Positions 13,761 to 28,048 are shown, numbered from the stretch's first letter. The stretch: DNA of 64,000 bases from Geosiphon pyriformis uo1 (GCA_016748015.1 JAAOMT010000597.1:664037-728036); one strand, 5' to 3'. Notes: generated by a model from the letters alone, not told the origin. Numbers and translations are program-made.

Positions 13761-16700
13761 GAACAATACTAATAACATTATTGACCCTTTTTTTTCGTAA
13801 ATCAAAACATTTTTACCAAAACCTAGATTATATAGCAAAAGATTAATTTCAGCCCTTTTTATGACATCAGTCATGATTTTTATTGGCATAAATATTTGCA
13901 TCGATAAACTTAATCTAATTTACAATATATTTTATCATGAATGTAAATTGCATTCGTATTGTCCTGTAAAATGAGTTTGTACTTTGAAAAAAAGTTATAC
14001 AAATACGTGTTTTGTGATCAATAGAAACCATTTTTAGTAATTTTGAGATTATGACGGCAATAAATTTCATCATATAAAATTATTCACAAGTTTATTGAAA
14101 GGATATAACATTCGGATGATTTTAATTTAACAGGAAAGCTACACAAAGGAACAATAGGTAAATTTTAGCCCAAAGGGGTTATGATAAAAATGAGATTTTT
14201 TCTTGCAATCCAAAATATTTTTATGATATACCAATTATTAGGCATTGGAATGTTGTAACGTTTAAAATGAAAAAAAAATTGAAAAAATGCAATCAAATTA
14301 ATAAAATTAATAAAAGTAATAAAAATTTTTTCATCAGAAAAATTAATTTATGGTATATATATATTAACTTTATAATCTAATAAAAGTGAAAAATAAATCA
14401 TCATATTTATTATATAAATAAGGAAAATTTTCCACGTTTCATTATTTTTATGTTACTTTAGTTAAAGATTGCTTAGTAATGAAATAAATTTTTCCTAAAT
14501 TAAATGCAGAAAAAAATGAACTAGTATTTTATTTATTAAACAATCCTAGTCTTTTTTTTTTTTTTTGAATTTCAAATTACAGAAAAAAAGTTTACCAATA
14601 TTAGAAAAAATAATTTCTTTGATTAAGATCATTTTTCAACCATATTTTATATTTTTAATATAAAAATTTTATTCATTTAAAAAAGAATTGAAAAATTCAA
14701 ATTGAAAAAAAAAGATAAAAAAATAAAATAAAATATTATGTCTAATTTATTTTTGTTAAATCTAAATTTAATTGTTAAAGTTAATTATTAAATTTCTTAA
14801 ATTACATATGATATGCTTCATTTATTTTTATTTTTAAAAAAAAAGATCCATCTATATATTTAAACCATTTGATTGACTGATTTGTTTATTTATAATTCAT
14901 ATAAACTCTTATTTAGCATTTTTATCAAACTCTCAGTTAATCACATGAAAATTTTGATTTTATTTTTCCAGAAATGAAAAGAATTAAGTTAAATTGTTAA
15001 TCACAAATTTCCTGATTCTCTGTTTTTTTTTTCTCACATTATTCCATGACGTATTTAGTGTAAATTTTTTTCATTGAAATATTTCTTGAATTTAGAAATT
15101 ATCATTGTAGTGAAGAAATTGGTGGCGTAATTAAGATTCATACTTTTCCGATGGCGCGACAAGGCATTGCGCAGCTTTGTCATCCCAACCTAAGGTAGTA
15201 CCATCCAGGCTTTTTTGATTTACGTCCGGTTCCGGAATTTTCTTTCATCTTCAAAGATGATATTTTTATTTGCTTAAATTTTTTTAACGATTCGGAATAA
15301 TTTAAACCATCCCCATCTATTATCTCATGCAGGTACAAAATCAAAAGAGATTTCCCCTTTGTGAAAAAAAAAAAAATTTTTCTGATTTTACAACTGATGA
15401 TTATCGTTATACGTTAATAGTTATGCTCATTATGTGTGTAATTTAGTCGTGCATAAAATTTATAATGAAATTTTGTAAAGGCATATGTTTTATGCCATTA
15501 TTAATGGCCACTCAGATTTACTCAAAATTTTTGATACCTAAAATGAAAAAAAGACTTTTTCTTGAAACTGCAAGTAAAACATGTTTCAAAAATTTTGGTA
15601 GTCTAAATTTCTTTTTTAGTAGAACAAAAAACTCTGACCTACAATTTTTTTATATTTTCGAAAAGAGAGCTTTACTTATTATGGCACCAATCAAGACACC
15701 AAATTCGTTCTTCCTTCCTCCTCCTCCTCTCAATAAAATAGTGATCGCCCTAATGCTGCCATCATAGACTATGCACTGAGAAATCCTTAATTGCAGGGTC
15801 TCATTGCCTGCATCATGCAATTGTACACGCGCCCAACAGATAGGAAATGTTATTTCAATTGCATATTAAAAACTGATTGGTGAAAAATCTCTGACTCATC
15901 ATCATCATTATCATCATTATCATCATAATGATATCATTGAAAAAAATTAGGTTAAAAATTTTTGATGATTTCAATTCTTTCTATTTAATAAATTGATGTT
16001 TCTTTAGGTTCACGGTTCGGTTCTTGTAATAATTTACAGGTTTCTGCTCTGACTGCAAAATAAAAGTTTAAGTGTCACGAAAATGTTTAATAATAATATT
16101 TTAGTTGGTTGGCCCATGCGTTAATTAGGAAAGTCACTTTTTCTTATTATGCATATAAAATTTTTAATATGTGTTAATGTTGTTGTAACATCAAAACATC
16201 AACAATACCACAACAATAATTATGAGAAACGAATGAAAATGAAATTCATGCGAAAAACTTTCTTTTTTAATAAATGACTTTTTAAATCTTTACTCAGTTA
16301 ATGGTTTAACAGTTTTTCGTGGTGTTTTTCTAATATATCAATCATTTATGATATTATTATGAATTAAAATTAAAACCCAAATATTTTTAACTAACTCTAA
16401 AGATTCTTTTAATTTATCTAATATTTCTCAACTTTAATTTTATTAATATTATTCAAAAACTCTGGTAAAAAAAGGTAAATTTAAATGCTAACTTCTTTTG
16501 ATTAAAAAAATTTACATTCTGCAATGGTAATAAATTTTAATTCAGTTAAAAAGAAATCTTGAAGAAAAAAATAACATTTTCAATTTTAACTTTGAAAATA
16601 TTAATTCACATAATTCATCCCAAGTCAGACCAATAAAAATTTTTTGAATATATTAAAGTTTTTTGTTTATGTAATTTTTTTATTACTTTTATGTTGTTCA

Positions 16701-16809
16701 AAATTTGAATTGGAAATTATAAAACAATATTTTTTTTTTTGAATACAAAATTTGTTATTAATTAACAATAAATCAAACTTGTTTATCGTTCAATTTATGA
16801 TAAAAAAAA

Positions 16810-18756
16810 GGGGGTACTTTTGGCGAATTACGATATTGTGACGAATAGAGTATTGTGGCAAAGTTAGTAAAAATGAATTCACATGCTAGAATAAGACGAG
16901 TCAAAGTATGTCATTTTCTCATTTTTGAACAAAATCACAATCATATATCACTTTGATTATTGAATATATGAAAATTTCAAATATTTTTGTAAAACTTTAT
17001 TTGGCAGACAAATTTTTTTGGGAATATCTAAAATTTATGCAAATATATATATAATAAACTGAAAAAATATCCAATAAAATTAATGAAATTTTTTTATTTT
17101 TAAATATATATCAAAAAAATGTATGTTGAAAAATGAAAAATATTATATAATTTATATTAGCAACCATATATTTAAAATATCATCTCATCAATTTTCATAA
17201 TTTTTAAAAATTTCAGGTTTTTTCTTATATTATTTTCAACAGAATTGCATGTAAAAATAAATAAATAAATAGCACGGTAAATTGTATAATTGTGCTAGGT
17301 TTAGTAATTTTTTTTTAATGGAGCAATCTAACACTCAAAACTTTTAGCTTGATTTTTAAATCGGTATAAAATTGTATAAGGTTTAAAACCTAAACGCCCA
17401 AGCTTATTGCCCTTTATCGCGTGATGTGATGTAGATTCCAAAGAAAAAAAATCAGCCCCAAATAATAAGGTAAAAAGAAACAAAAAAAGGTGTCTCTGTT
17501 TTTTGAATAAGGTTTCTAAATAGTTCAAGAAATTAAGTTTCTTTGAGTATTGAAGCAAAAAAATATTAAAATAAAAAAAATAAAAAAAAAGGGGAAAAAG
17601 TTCTTTAATCGATTAAGCTCTATGAACAAAATTGAATACCAACGATGTTCATGAAGTAGTGCAACATAAACTCATTTATCCTGTCATACCCTAGTTACCA
17701 ACTCATCGTTCCAGACAATTTTCGAAGCCGGGTTTAAAAATATTTGTGAAGATGCAATGCATTAGTTGCGGTCAATTATGCCAACATTTGACTCCTTTTG
17801 TTCATATTATTTCTTGCGTCTTAATGCATGAGATTTATTCTGGTAAGAAAGGGTTTTATAACGTATACCATTTGAAAGAAAGTTTCTTTTGACCTGGATA
17901 TGACTCGGGAATTACTGGGGGTCCAAAGGCAATAATGTTCGGGCACAATATCCCTGAGGAATCGTGCCTCATTTTTAAAAAGGATATATTTGTAAATTTA
18001 ATTGGGGAACGCCTAGATGGAGTTTTTTTTGGTGGTGATTTACCATAATCAATATCATTCGTCGTGTTTTTTTTTTCAACTTTTGATTTTTATTAATTTC
18101 TTCCAAAAAAAAAACAAAATAGTTATTCCATGGTCTAGACCGTTGAATTTCAAAAAGATTTGTATTTTAAATTTTCATTAGCTTGCTTAAAAAAGGACTA
18201 GTAATCCCAAGTAAAAAAAAAAGTATGCATGTTATTTATTATGAATAAAAGGCCCGAAATCTTTATTTGTGTTAGCTGAAAAAATTTTATATGGCCCGTG
18301 TTAGCATGCAGAAAGGGTTTCTAAATTTGCCCAAAAGTCATTCTTACAGAATCAAAACTCTACTATTTTACAATTTTTCTAGTACCATCCATGAACATTT
18401 GACTTACACAGGGAATCTAATTATCTTTGAACCAATCAAACTCCATTTTGTACCAAATCTTGTATTAAAGTTTACTGCTAATATCTTTTTACCGATGCAG
18501 TTTTCTTTTTGGTGAAGCCTGAACAGTGCACCGTGGTTCATTAAACTTGATCTAAGTTTGTCTGTAATTCTGGGGTCTTACCTAAAAATTATGTTTACAA
18601 TTACATAGGAAATTTCTTTTGCAAGAATTGGTCTGAGCGTAGATGTGCGAAAATCCAATAATAAAAATAGGAATAAAAATAAACATAAGAATAAGAATAA
18701 GAATAACAAAAAAAACAAAAACAAAAACAAAAACAAAAACAACAACAAAAATAATG

Positions 18757-18820
<64 letters not shown>

Positions 18821-21195
18821 TAAAATTCATACATGATCACAATTGGTTTTACAAAGTTCATTTATTTATATATTTTTTTAATGATCAAATTATGGAAAGA
18901 GGGAGCTATCAAAATAAAAGACATATGAAAGCGGGTTGCTAATTTTAATTTTAAAAATGATTAATCATATAGGGTATTTGTTTCTTGGACTTGTATCATA
19001 ATTACACGTCTTTAAGAGTATTTTATTGGAAGAAAATATGAAGTAGTTTTGATAATATAATATATATATATATATATTTAGAGAAATGGTAAATTTTTTA
19101 CTCAGCTTTTTAACATTTTGTAAATAAAAGTTGCATGCCAAGGGAAATTTTTTTATGTTAAAAAAACCAATCAAACAAAAGTTCTAGTTAGACGAAAAAG
19201 ATAGCAAGCAATTATTGACCTCACATAAATCAGCGATCAGCGAGAAAAAAAGGAGGCTTTTGATTCCCTTGGCAAATTTCTATTATGCATTGATTTTAAA
19301 AGTTTCCCACCAAAAGATTATATTTTAAACCATTTTCAAAAGGTAATTCAAATTTTTTGGGTCACAGGATTAAGAAAAATTCTGTCTTTGAAATTGGTCA
19401 AACCAAATAATCAGTAGATCAAAAAGATATCTAATTATAGATTCAGACCAATCTCCTTTCACTCAAAGATTCTCTTTTGCAAAGCTGCCTACCTGATGGA
19501 AAATAGGTTTGCCGAAACATCATTGATTTGTAACACAAATCTCTCATGGCGTAAATGCAGGCATAAATCTGGGGTACATGTGTTTGTTTATAATGCGTGA
19601 ATTGCAGATAAGCTTGTGAATAGTAAGAATGGTTGAATAAAATATAAGCCAAAAAAAATTATTTTTCGGAAATGAATAAAAAGGGGATTGATATTCAGAT
19701 TTCCATGGTTTCTAGTAATATTTAGAATTTTAGTGTATATTAGAAAGTATTTTTACACAAAAGGAATTAACTTTCTTTTCCGATTCAAGTTTACAACCAT
19801 TGTTCTCAAAATCAGGTGTCTTTCTACTTTCAGATCATAAATAATTAGGTCCATAGAACAAAGAGTAGACGCCAAAAAAAGCAGCCTCAGGGATGACTCG
19901 GTATTATAAACCTCATATGGATTTTGCCTAATTTTGAGAAACAGAACAAATTTTTATTTTTCTCATCCGTGGTCATTTTAGTTTTTCCGGGGTACATGAC
20001 ACACATGCAAAGTCAAAAAATCATTGAAAGAGATAACCTCCGGATTTTGAGTTGTAGCTATTAAAGTTTTCAAAGATGATCCCCGGTTATATTCAATGAA
20101 TTATTGATTGTTGAATTTGTTTCTTTTTTCTTTAGTGAAATTAATCTAATCTTGAAAAAAAAATTAGCACATTGAATCCATCTCCTGATAAGCTAAATAT
20201 TCATTAATCAAGAACCCTATTTAAAGTGATCACAGGCTCTCACTAAAGGTAAAATATAAATTGGTCAAAGAAAGTGACAAAACGTCACTTTTACGAATTT
20301 GATCATTGAGATTTTATTTGCGCTTAAAAACCCTTAAGGTTCTTTATCAAAAGATCAATCAAACTTACAAAAAAAAAAAAAAAAAAGACCATCCTATTAC
20401 GTCAGAAATATGGAATCTGTAGATCTCTTATGTAATGACTTTTTTACAGATCTGATAATCCATTAATTTTATATCAAATATATGAATGGGAATTTTTGAA
20501 AAAATATAATGCAGGAGAAAAATTTTTTTTAAGTTTTAATAAGCCTCACGTTCATACATTTATTTACCTCTTCAAACATTCGAACAATTCAATTAATTCG
20601 AGATATTGTCTAAGAAGGTAAAAAAATTGAAACAAATAATTTTGAAGCATCAAATTTATGCTTAATCCTTCTTCAAAGGTTTTTTGAGAATATTGTATAA
20701 TATGATTTTACATTGGGAGAACATCACGTTAATTATAGACTGTCCCATTAAATTCAATGAAATCAAGGGCAAATCATATATTAACAAAATTTTACTTTAC
20801 AGATTTCTTTCATTTAAGAGAATTCTAAAGTTTTATTTAAAGATTTACAATTTTTATCCATAAAAGGTGAAAGTTTCTTTAAGAACTCTATATGGGAATC
20901 CAAAAGAAATAAGCTTTTTTTATATAGAATATTTAATTTAAAGATTTTCAAGGGTTTTTCCAATATAATTGTTGCTCCAAAAATTTAAGTTATTCCGTTT
21001 ATATGTTGAAATGTCAATTTAGGTTAAAGATCAATTATACTTTATATTTTTGTCAAGATCCTTTTGTGCGCCTCATTTCTTATAGAAAATAAGATTTTTT
21101 ACAGAATGAATTTTATCCCCAAAAGTTTTGTTATCTTATAGTTAATATGAAAAAATTACGAGGTAAAAAAATACTCATTTGCCAAAAGTACCCCC
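16810..21195. mobile_element. Candidate TIR pair of a non-autonomous DNA transposon (or ends of two separate copies)
   Basis: GGGGGTACTTTTGGCGAAT at 16810-16828 and its near-perfect inverse ATTTGCCAAAAGTACCCCC at 21177-21195. The left end carries three tandem subterminal motifs. No TSD and no transposase recognised. Confidence 0.4.
18658..18823. repeat. Compound microsatellite (AATAAG/AACAAA hexamers grading into AAC and AAT trimers)
   Basis: Direct reading; produces four spurious overlapping ORFs. Confidence 0.95.
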
Positions 21196-22530
21196 CCCCC
21201 GTTTCTAGTAATAAGATTTAAATTTAAATTTTTATTCTATCCTTTTTCTAAAAAAAATTCCAAAGTTTTTTAGAGTCATGTGGAGTTTCTTATTTACGCC
21301 ATAACCCCCCCCCCCCCCCCGTGGTTCATCATTTTACTAAAAATAAAAACGTCATTAATCGTTCGAAATAATTGGTTCTCAATTTTCCGATTTAATGCAT
21401 TATTCCAACCTTTTTTCGGATAAGAGGTGCGATTTTTGGCGAATTTTCATTTATGAATATTACAATGAGGTGGAGATAGGTTTTGGAAAAAAAATTGTCC
21501 ATTACTGATTAAGGAACTTCTGAGTTATGCCAAAAAAAAAAGAAAAAGAAAACAGATACTTTGTATTTAACCAGAACCAATAATTTGAGTTGAGTGAAAA
21601 ATAAGAAATTGTCAAAATCAGATTTTTAATTTAAACCGTAATTTCCTAGTTAAAAACATGTAAGATTATTGAAGTCTAGAAAAATTGCCAATCAAAGTGA
21701 TTTTAATGTATTCCCTCAATGAAATTTTATTCGTTTTAATTTTTATAAATTTAGATTTAGAATGACTAAAAGCTTTAAAGAGATAAATTTTCTCCGAATG
21801 TTAACACTTTTCCGGGACAAAATGATCGGAATTGCGTCTATCCTATATGCCTTGATTGGTAAAATGTCAATAAACAGATTATCCTAAAAATTATTTCTCA
21901 TTTTATATTTTTGTGACCTAGTAAGAAATCTTCATTTTTTAAGCAAATAATTTTTAACTTGTTATTTTGTGAATTCTGAAAAATTTCAAAATTACCCATA
22001 TCAAATGTACTACCAGTAACATAGGAAAAGTCCTTTAGAATTAACCAAAATCTTAATTTCACAAGAAAAAGTAACCTTTTGATATTGAGATGCGTTTTAA
22101 CTCATACGATTCCTTTCGAAATTATTAAAGTGTTCATTAATGAACAGCTAAAAGTTTTAAAGTGAAAATCTAAATGTAATATTATTTAATGAATGAAAAT
22201 TATTTGGTAAACCTAAACAACTTTTTTGGTTAATTTAATAAAGCTACTCCAGATTTATAGATATCTTCCTCAATATCTCAATATTTACAATAGGATAAAA
22301 AATTATATCCAATTACATTCAGATCTGATAAATTTCTCGATTAGTTGATAGTTTTTTTAATTTTATTTTCCATTAATCATAATTCGGTTTTTCCCGCAGT
22401 ATGTGCCCGTTCGTTATTTTACTGAAAAATTGTTTACTTTCCAGCTAACACCTTAATTGTGTTCTGAAATGTTAACAAGTTGGTTTTTAAGATTTCAAGA
22501 TCAATATTTTTCCCTATTCATGATAAAATA

Positions 22531-22678
22531 GAAGGAATGAAAAAAATGTTGAATAATTTTATTTATAAAATTTCAAAATAATAAATTAAAACTCTTACAT
22601 TTATTTATTTATTTAATAATAATAATCATAATATTAATCATAATAATAATAATCATAATAATAATAATAATAATAATG

Positions 22679-22764
<86 letters not shown>

Positions 22765-23640
22765 AATAATTTTCAATGTGTTATATTTCCACCTTTAGTC
22801 ACGATAATAATAGCTTCAATTCTTCCAGGTATACAACTTATTAATTTTTGATATAATTTTTGAGGCCTCACATTCCATTCTTTTATAAACATGAGTTCCA
22901 ATTCTTCAATATTAGATAGATAGTTGAGGATTGCATTTTCCAAGTCCTGACTCAAGAAAAGACCATAATTCTTCAATATGATTAAGGTCATGACTTTGTG
23001 GTGACCATGGCTAAAATTTTATTTTTTTTGAATTTTAAAAAATTTTGAGCAGCTTTTGAAGTGTGTTCTAAAGTATTACCTCTTGAAATATAAGAGTTGG
23101 TATACCATAATTAACTAAAACTTCATACTTAGTAATAGTAATTACATCTTTTAATGGAACAATATATTCTAAAATAATCCATGTAAAAAAATTTCAAAAC
23201 ATTCTTGTTAGATTGTGCTTTACAGTAATTCCTCAGCTGGTGTTGGCAAAATCCTGAAGTTTAAAATTGTGGAATGTTAATTCATCTTACCAAATAACTT
23301 TTTTTCAGTCATTTATAGTTCAATGTTTCTACTTTTTAACAAAATCAAGTCTTTTAGTCTGGTTTTCAATCGATATTAACAGATTCTTTTGTGGAATACG
23401 TGAAAAATTTTCTTCTTTTAAAGTGCATTGAATAGTCTATTTTAATACTATTTAGCCCATTATTTTGTTTCAGAAAAAAGTAGTTGAATTTGCATCAAGT
23501 TAATTTTTTTATTATGAGTAAGAGTTCGTGAAATAGTTGTTTGAGAACTTTCAAAAATTTCTGCTATTTTTTTTTGTATAGCATTTAATCTGGTAAAAAA
23601 AAGTTTGCACGAAAATATTCCATATTTTTGTCATCCCCTG
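22531..23640 (-). mobile_element. Degenerate, internally deleted Tc1/mariner element with both TIRs and TA target duplication
   Basis: Minus strand gives transposase remnants: KKVIW*DE, TVKHNLTRMF, W-S-P-Q-S-H-D-L-N-H-I-E-E-L-W (= WPxQSPDLNPIENLW) and EW...LISCIPGRIEAII..KGG. 5' TIR (minus) TA-CAGGGGATGACAAAAATATGGAATATTTT ends at 23640 with TA at 23641-23642. Degenerate partner TA-GAAGGAATGAAAAAAATGTTGAATAATTTT at 22529-22560 (24/32 identity by hand). Confidence 0.85.
22615..22770. repeat. Long (AAT)n microsatellite inside the Tc1 relic, just past the transposase stop
   Basis: Direct reading. Confidence 0.95.
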
Positions 23641-24514
23641 TACTATGGTCTTTTTAACCTCTCCCCTCCCCTCCCCTCCCACACACCATTGAAAGTAGAC
23701 GCTAAAATCTTAGTTATCGTGATTGCTTCCCATTTTTCACTCTTTTCTCGTCGGAGAACATGTAAGCGGTTTTATTTTTATTTCATTGTATCACTTAACT
23801 TGAGCATAAAGCATGTGTTTCCGAGATATAAGTGAATAAAGTTCAGAGTTTTATAGTACATTTGCATTAGTTGACGGACTATATTTTAAGGCCTCGAATT
23901 TTAGCATTTTCGTGGAGTGGTACATGTCATTTTTTGTAGGCTTTACATATGAGTAAATCTTTTTCATGATTGCAAAGAATTGATGGTTTTTTCTGTCCTT
24001 TGCTACTTGACGATAAAGCAGTATATTATTGTGGGGTCACGTCCAAGTATTTTTGCGAATTGAGCGAAATTTATGGTTTCCATGTATGCCAAAATCTTGA
24101 CATTTTCAATTTCGTTCAGCTGTGTACGAATGGACTTGAATTTTTTTTTACATGACGATATTATAATGTTGGCAAGTCGTAAAAATGGCGAAAGCTTGAT
24201 ATATAAATTTTTTGAAGAGGGTACTGTACGTCAAAAAATCTAAAGACAAATAACATTTTTAAGGTAAGTTGACCCCTCGCTCAAAGTAGAACCGTATTTT
24301 AAAAATAAAATGAATTAAATAAAATAAAAGTAAACAAAAAGAATGTGATAATAAAGCTAAGGGGTTCATTCTGAAACACACTGTCAATAAAAAAAAATAA
24401 ACCCATTAGATACTAGCTGTTATTCAGAGATAAAAAAAAATAGTTTTTTTCTAAACTTTTTTTCCTAAACCCCCATTCAATGAGAATTTTTTTTTATAAA
24501 ATTGAAACACGATA

Positions 24515-24554
<40 letters not shown>

Positions 24555-25464
24555 TAAAGAGAATTTTTGAACCTTTTTAAATCTAATTTGTAAAAAGAAA
24601 TTATTCCAATAAAGTTGAATTTTAAAAGCTTTAATTTAATTATGAAATTATAACCAAACAAAATTTGGTGTTCATAATTCACAAAATTTCATTTCTTGTC
24701 TTTTAATTTGCGTTGGTTTGTTACGAAGTAAACAATAATTCATAATTAAGTGAAAAATTAATTTCATTATTATTATTATTATTATTTTTCAGTAACCATG
24801 TCATTGTTCGAATACTTTTAGTAATTAATTTCCTTTTCTTTTGCCAATAATTTCTTAAAGAAAAAATCTCCATTTTCATTAATTAAAAATGAAATTACAA
24901 TTTTCAATTATGGAACAAAGATTTTTCAAAAAAATGTTTTCAGAAACAGAAACTACCCTATTTTTTTGAGGGACCTTTTCTATTAAAAAATTCAAACGTT
25001 TGAAAATCTCATTTACAAATTAAAACACAATGAAAAATTTACTGATGGCAGCCATTTAACAAGGTTTCTTTTTAACCGATTGTGATACATTTTATCAACA
25101 AAAAAAATTAGTGTTCACCACTCAGGTTTTTTGCGCAACTCATACTTGAATTTTTGATTGACTCATTGTTGATTTTCAAATTATAACTTAAAGGGAAAAA
25201 AAATACCTTGGAGTTTCATTGTTGTTTTTTTTGCACGATTTGTATTTCAAATTTCTTTAATCACAAATGGTGTACCAGATTACAAAATGACATGAAATCT
25301 TGATTAGAATAGAAATTTCTTAAAATGAGATAGTGACTGGTTACTTTTGTGTCTCCGAAAAAACTTTTACTGTTGTTACTAATTATCTATCTCAATAAAA
25401 GAAATTAGGACAAAGCCTTTGAAAAATTGTTTTGCTTGATGTACTTTGCAGAATAAATAATGCT

Positions 25465-25468
<4 letters not shown>

Positions 25469-25521
<53 letters not shown>
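25469..25521. repeat. Poly-T tract (~53 nt)
   Basis: Direct reading; homopolymer length may be assembly-dependent. Confidence 0.9.
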
Positions 25522-25524
<3 letters not shown>

Positions 25525-26464
25525 TTTATTGTTTACCATTAAAAATTACCAAATAAGTCATTTTATTGATATTGTTTAACCGAAAATAAATATTTGGTAT
25601 TCCTAAATTTGGACAAAGAAAAAATGAAGTTATCGATTTTTATTTTTTATTTTTTTGTGAAACACTGCAATAATTGAAAAGAAATTCATTTTATAGAAAT
25701 TTACAGATTTTTATTGGTCAGAACTTGCATGAATGGGAATTTGAATTCTTAACCATTTTTACAATTTTTTCAAATCTCACGATATTCTTTTTAACAATTA
25801 CAATATGCATGGCTTTGATCCAAAAAAAGTAATATTGAGATTTTACTTATGTGCGCGCGTGAAATACCATTTTATTGGAAAGTTTTAAAGTTATTTTTAA
25901 ATAGACATTGAAAATATCCGGTTTTCTAAAACTTTTTACATCCCTCATTTGTCCATTTATCCATTTGTCCATTTGTCCATTCTCACACCATCTGAATGAT
26001 CTAATCTATGTTAAGTAAGAAAATGGAAAATGGAACTTAAAATGACTAACTATCGACTAAACATGTAAATAAAAGATTATAAACGGAACCATGTACCACT
26101 TGAAAACTTGATATTACAAGTTAAAATGAAATTTTAATGAAACTTTCTTTATTTTTAAAATTAATTCGAAACCTTACAAGAATCTTTTATTATATGGTTT
26201 AATCAACAAAAAAATGTTTACATGTTTTTAAGGTCAAGTTTTTACAAATAAGAGAAATATGGGGAGCCTAGATGGTACAAAAAAATTAAAAATTAAAAAA
26301 ATGTTTTTTTAAGACTTTGTACACTACATTTTTGACAAAAGTACATGGGAATCAACTATTATTTTCTGCTTAACAAAAAATATTTTCGTTGCTTCATAAT
26401 TACGTTTAATTGCTTGTCTACAAAGTTTTATTCATTGACTTTCATTGATTCATTGGTTTATACG

Positions 26465-26467
<3 letters not shown>

Positions 26468-26496
<29 letters not shown>

Positions 26497-26545
26497 CATA
26501 CATACATACATACATACATACATACATTCATACATATATATATAT
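26468..26545. repeat. (TACA)n then (TA)n microsatellite
   Basis: Direct reading. Confidence 0.95.
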
Positions 26546-28048
26546 AAATATATAAATACTTTCCAGAATAAAGGTAAAGCATAAAGAAACCGAGAAGATT
26601 TAGGGAGCCTAGGATAAAACAATTAAGGATCAAAATTAATTTTTATAAATAACTCGAATGTATCTCATTTTTAAATTTTGTCACTGGAAATCTTCATCAT
26701 ATTTGTCTTTTGGCATTCTAAACAACTCTGAGTTAACTTTTTCATAAAGACAAACGTTCTTTACAACAACGTGTCGGAAATTTAAACAATGGGTTCAATC
26801 AAGGAAAATGAAATAAGGAAAATGAAATTTTGCCAAGAAACAATGATGCAGTAGTTTTATTAGGTTGCTTATTATTAGGTTTAATCTAATAATATAGTAG
26901 AAAGTTTTTAGAAATTTTTTTTTATTTTTATTTTAGCTATCTCGTAGTCTCAATCACAAGTAATTTACTTGACCTCATGCATCTAATTTCAAAATGTTGG
27001 AGTGTGCAGTTGATGATGATGATTACTCTCTTTGGTGAAAACCCCTAAAAATGGGGATGATCAATAGAAATTTCGACGTTTTATAAAAAATCCTTTTTGG
27101 GAATCTCTGAATGGTTATTTGTGACTTAAAAGATGGATTTATTGCTTCTTTGCTTGCTTATAATCGAGAAATTCTTTGTTTTTTTTTTTTAAAAAAAAAG
27201 TTTTATATTGATGCACGTTGTTTGAATTAGTATTCAGAATAAAATTAAAATTTTAAAGCCAAAAATAACTGATTATTTATTTAAAACTTGTATACTAATA
27301 TTAACCTTCTCTAAAAATAGATTAAACTTAAAACTTTCACTCCTCATCAATAAAATTGATATCAGGAAAAACTGGAATGATTTGAAAGTCTATTGTTTGA
27401 ACAAATTTTCATTTCAAATGACCATTTATCTTCATAATTGAATTCATTGAAAAAATTCGATTGCTGGAAAAAAAAAAATTCAATTTCTCTCCAAAAACAT
27501 TATTTGCGGGGTAAAAGTGTGGGGAAATCTTCAAATTGGAAATTATTTTTCATTGGGAAAGTATCTTTCTTTCATTGGGAATAAAGATTTTTATTTTCGT
27601 CAAGGATAATTAACTTTGAAAGAATTGAGAAATTAAAATAAAGCCCAGAAAAGGGAACAATATAGAGAATTTATAATTTTTTTTTTTTTTTTCCGTGAAA
27701 TTTAGTAATAATAAATTTTTTTTTTTTTTTTTCTAGAATTATTGCATACCCAATTTACATTGTGCATGATGCCATCGTGGGAATTGATTTACCCATCTTT
27801 AATATATTCGTGATAATTCGATAAAATGCATGATTAAAACGAAATTTAAGGGGTAAAGCATAAAGCATGTCCAATCCTTCAAAAAGAGAATCAATTTCGA
27901 GTTAAAATTCTCCTGCTTTTCATATTTCTAATTGGACCAAGGTTTATTTGAAGCGTTGGGCTGTGCCTATTAATGCTGAATGTGAGCTAACAGTTTCTTA
28001 ACGCATATGAAAAAACGATCTAAAACTAAGAATAGGAATAAACAAACA

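Noticed and set aside
13861-13869. Recurrent ATGACATCA (also 28812, 54137), a CRE/bZIP-like site
   Set aside because: An AT-rich 9-mer with only a few copies; not distinguishable from chance by eye.
18582-18942. Four overlapping ORFs (poly-I, poly-Y, poly-N)
   Set aside because: All are translations of one compound microsatellite.
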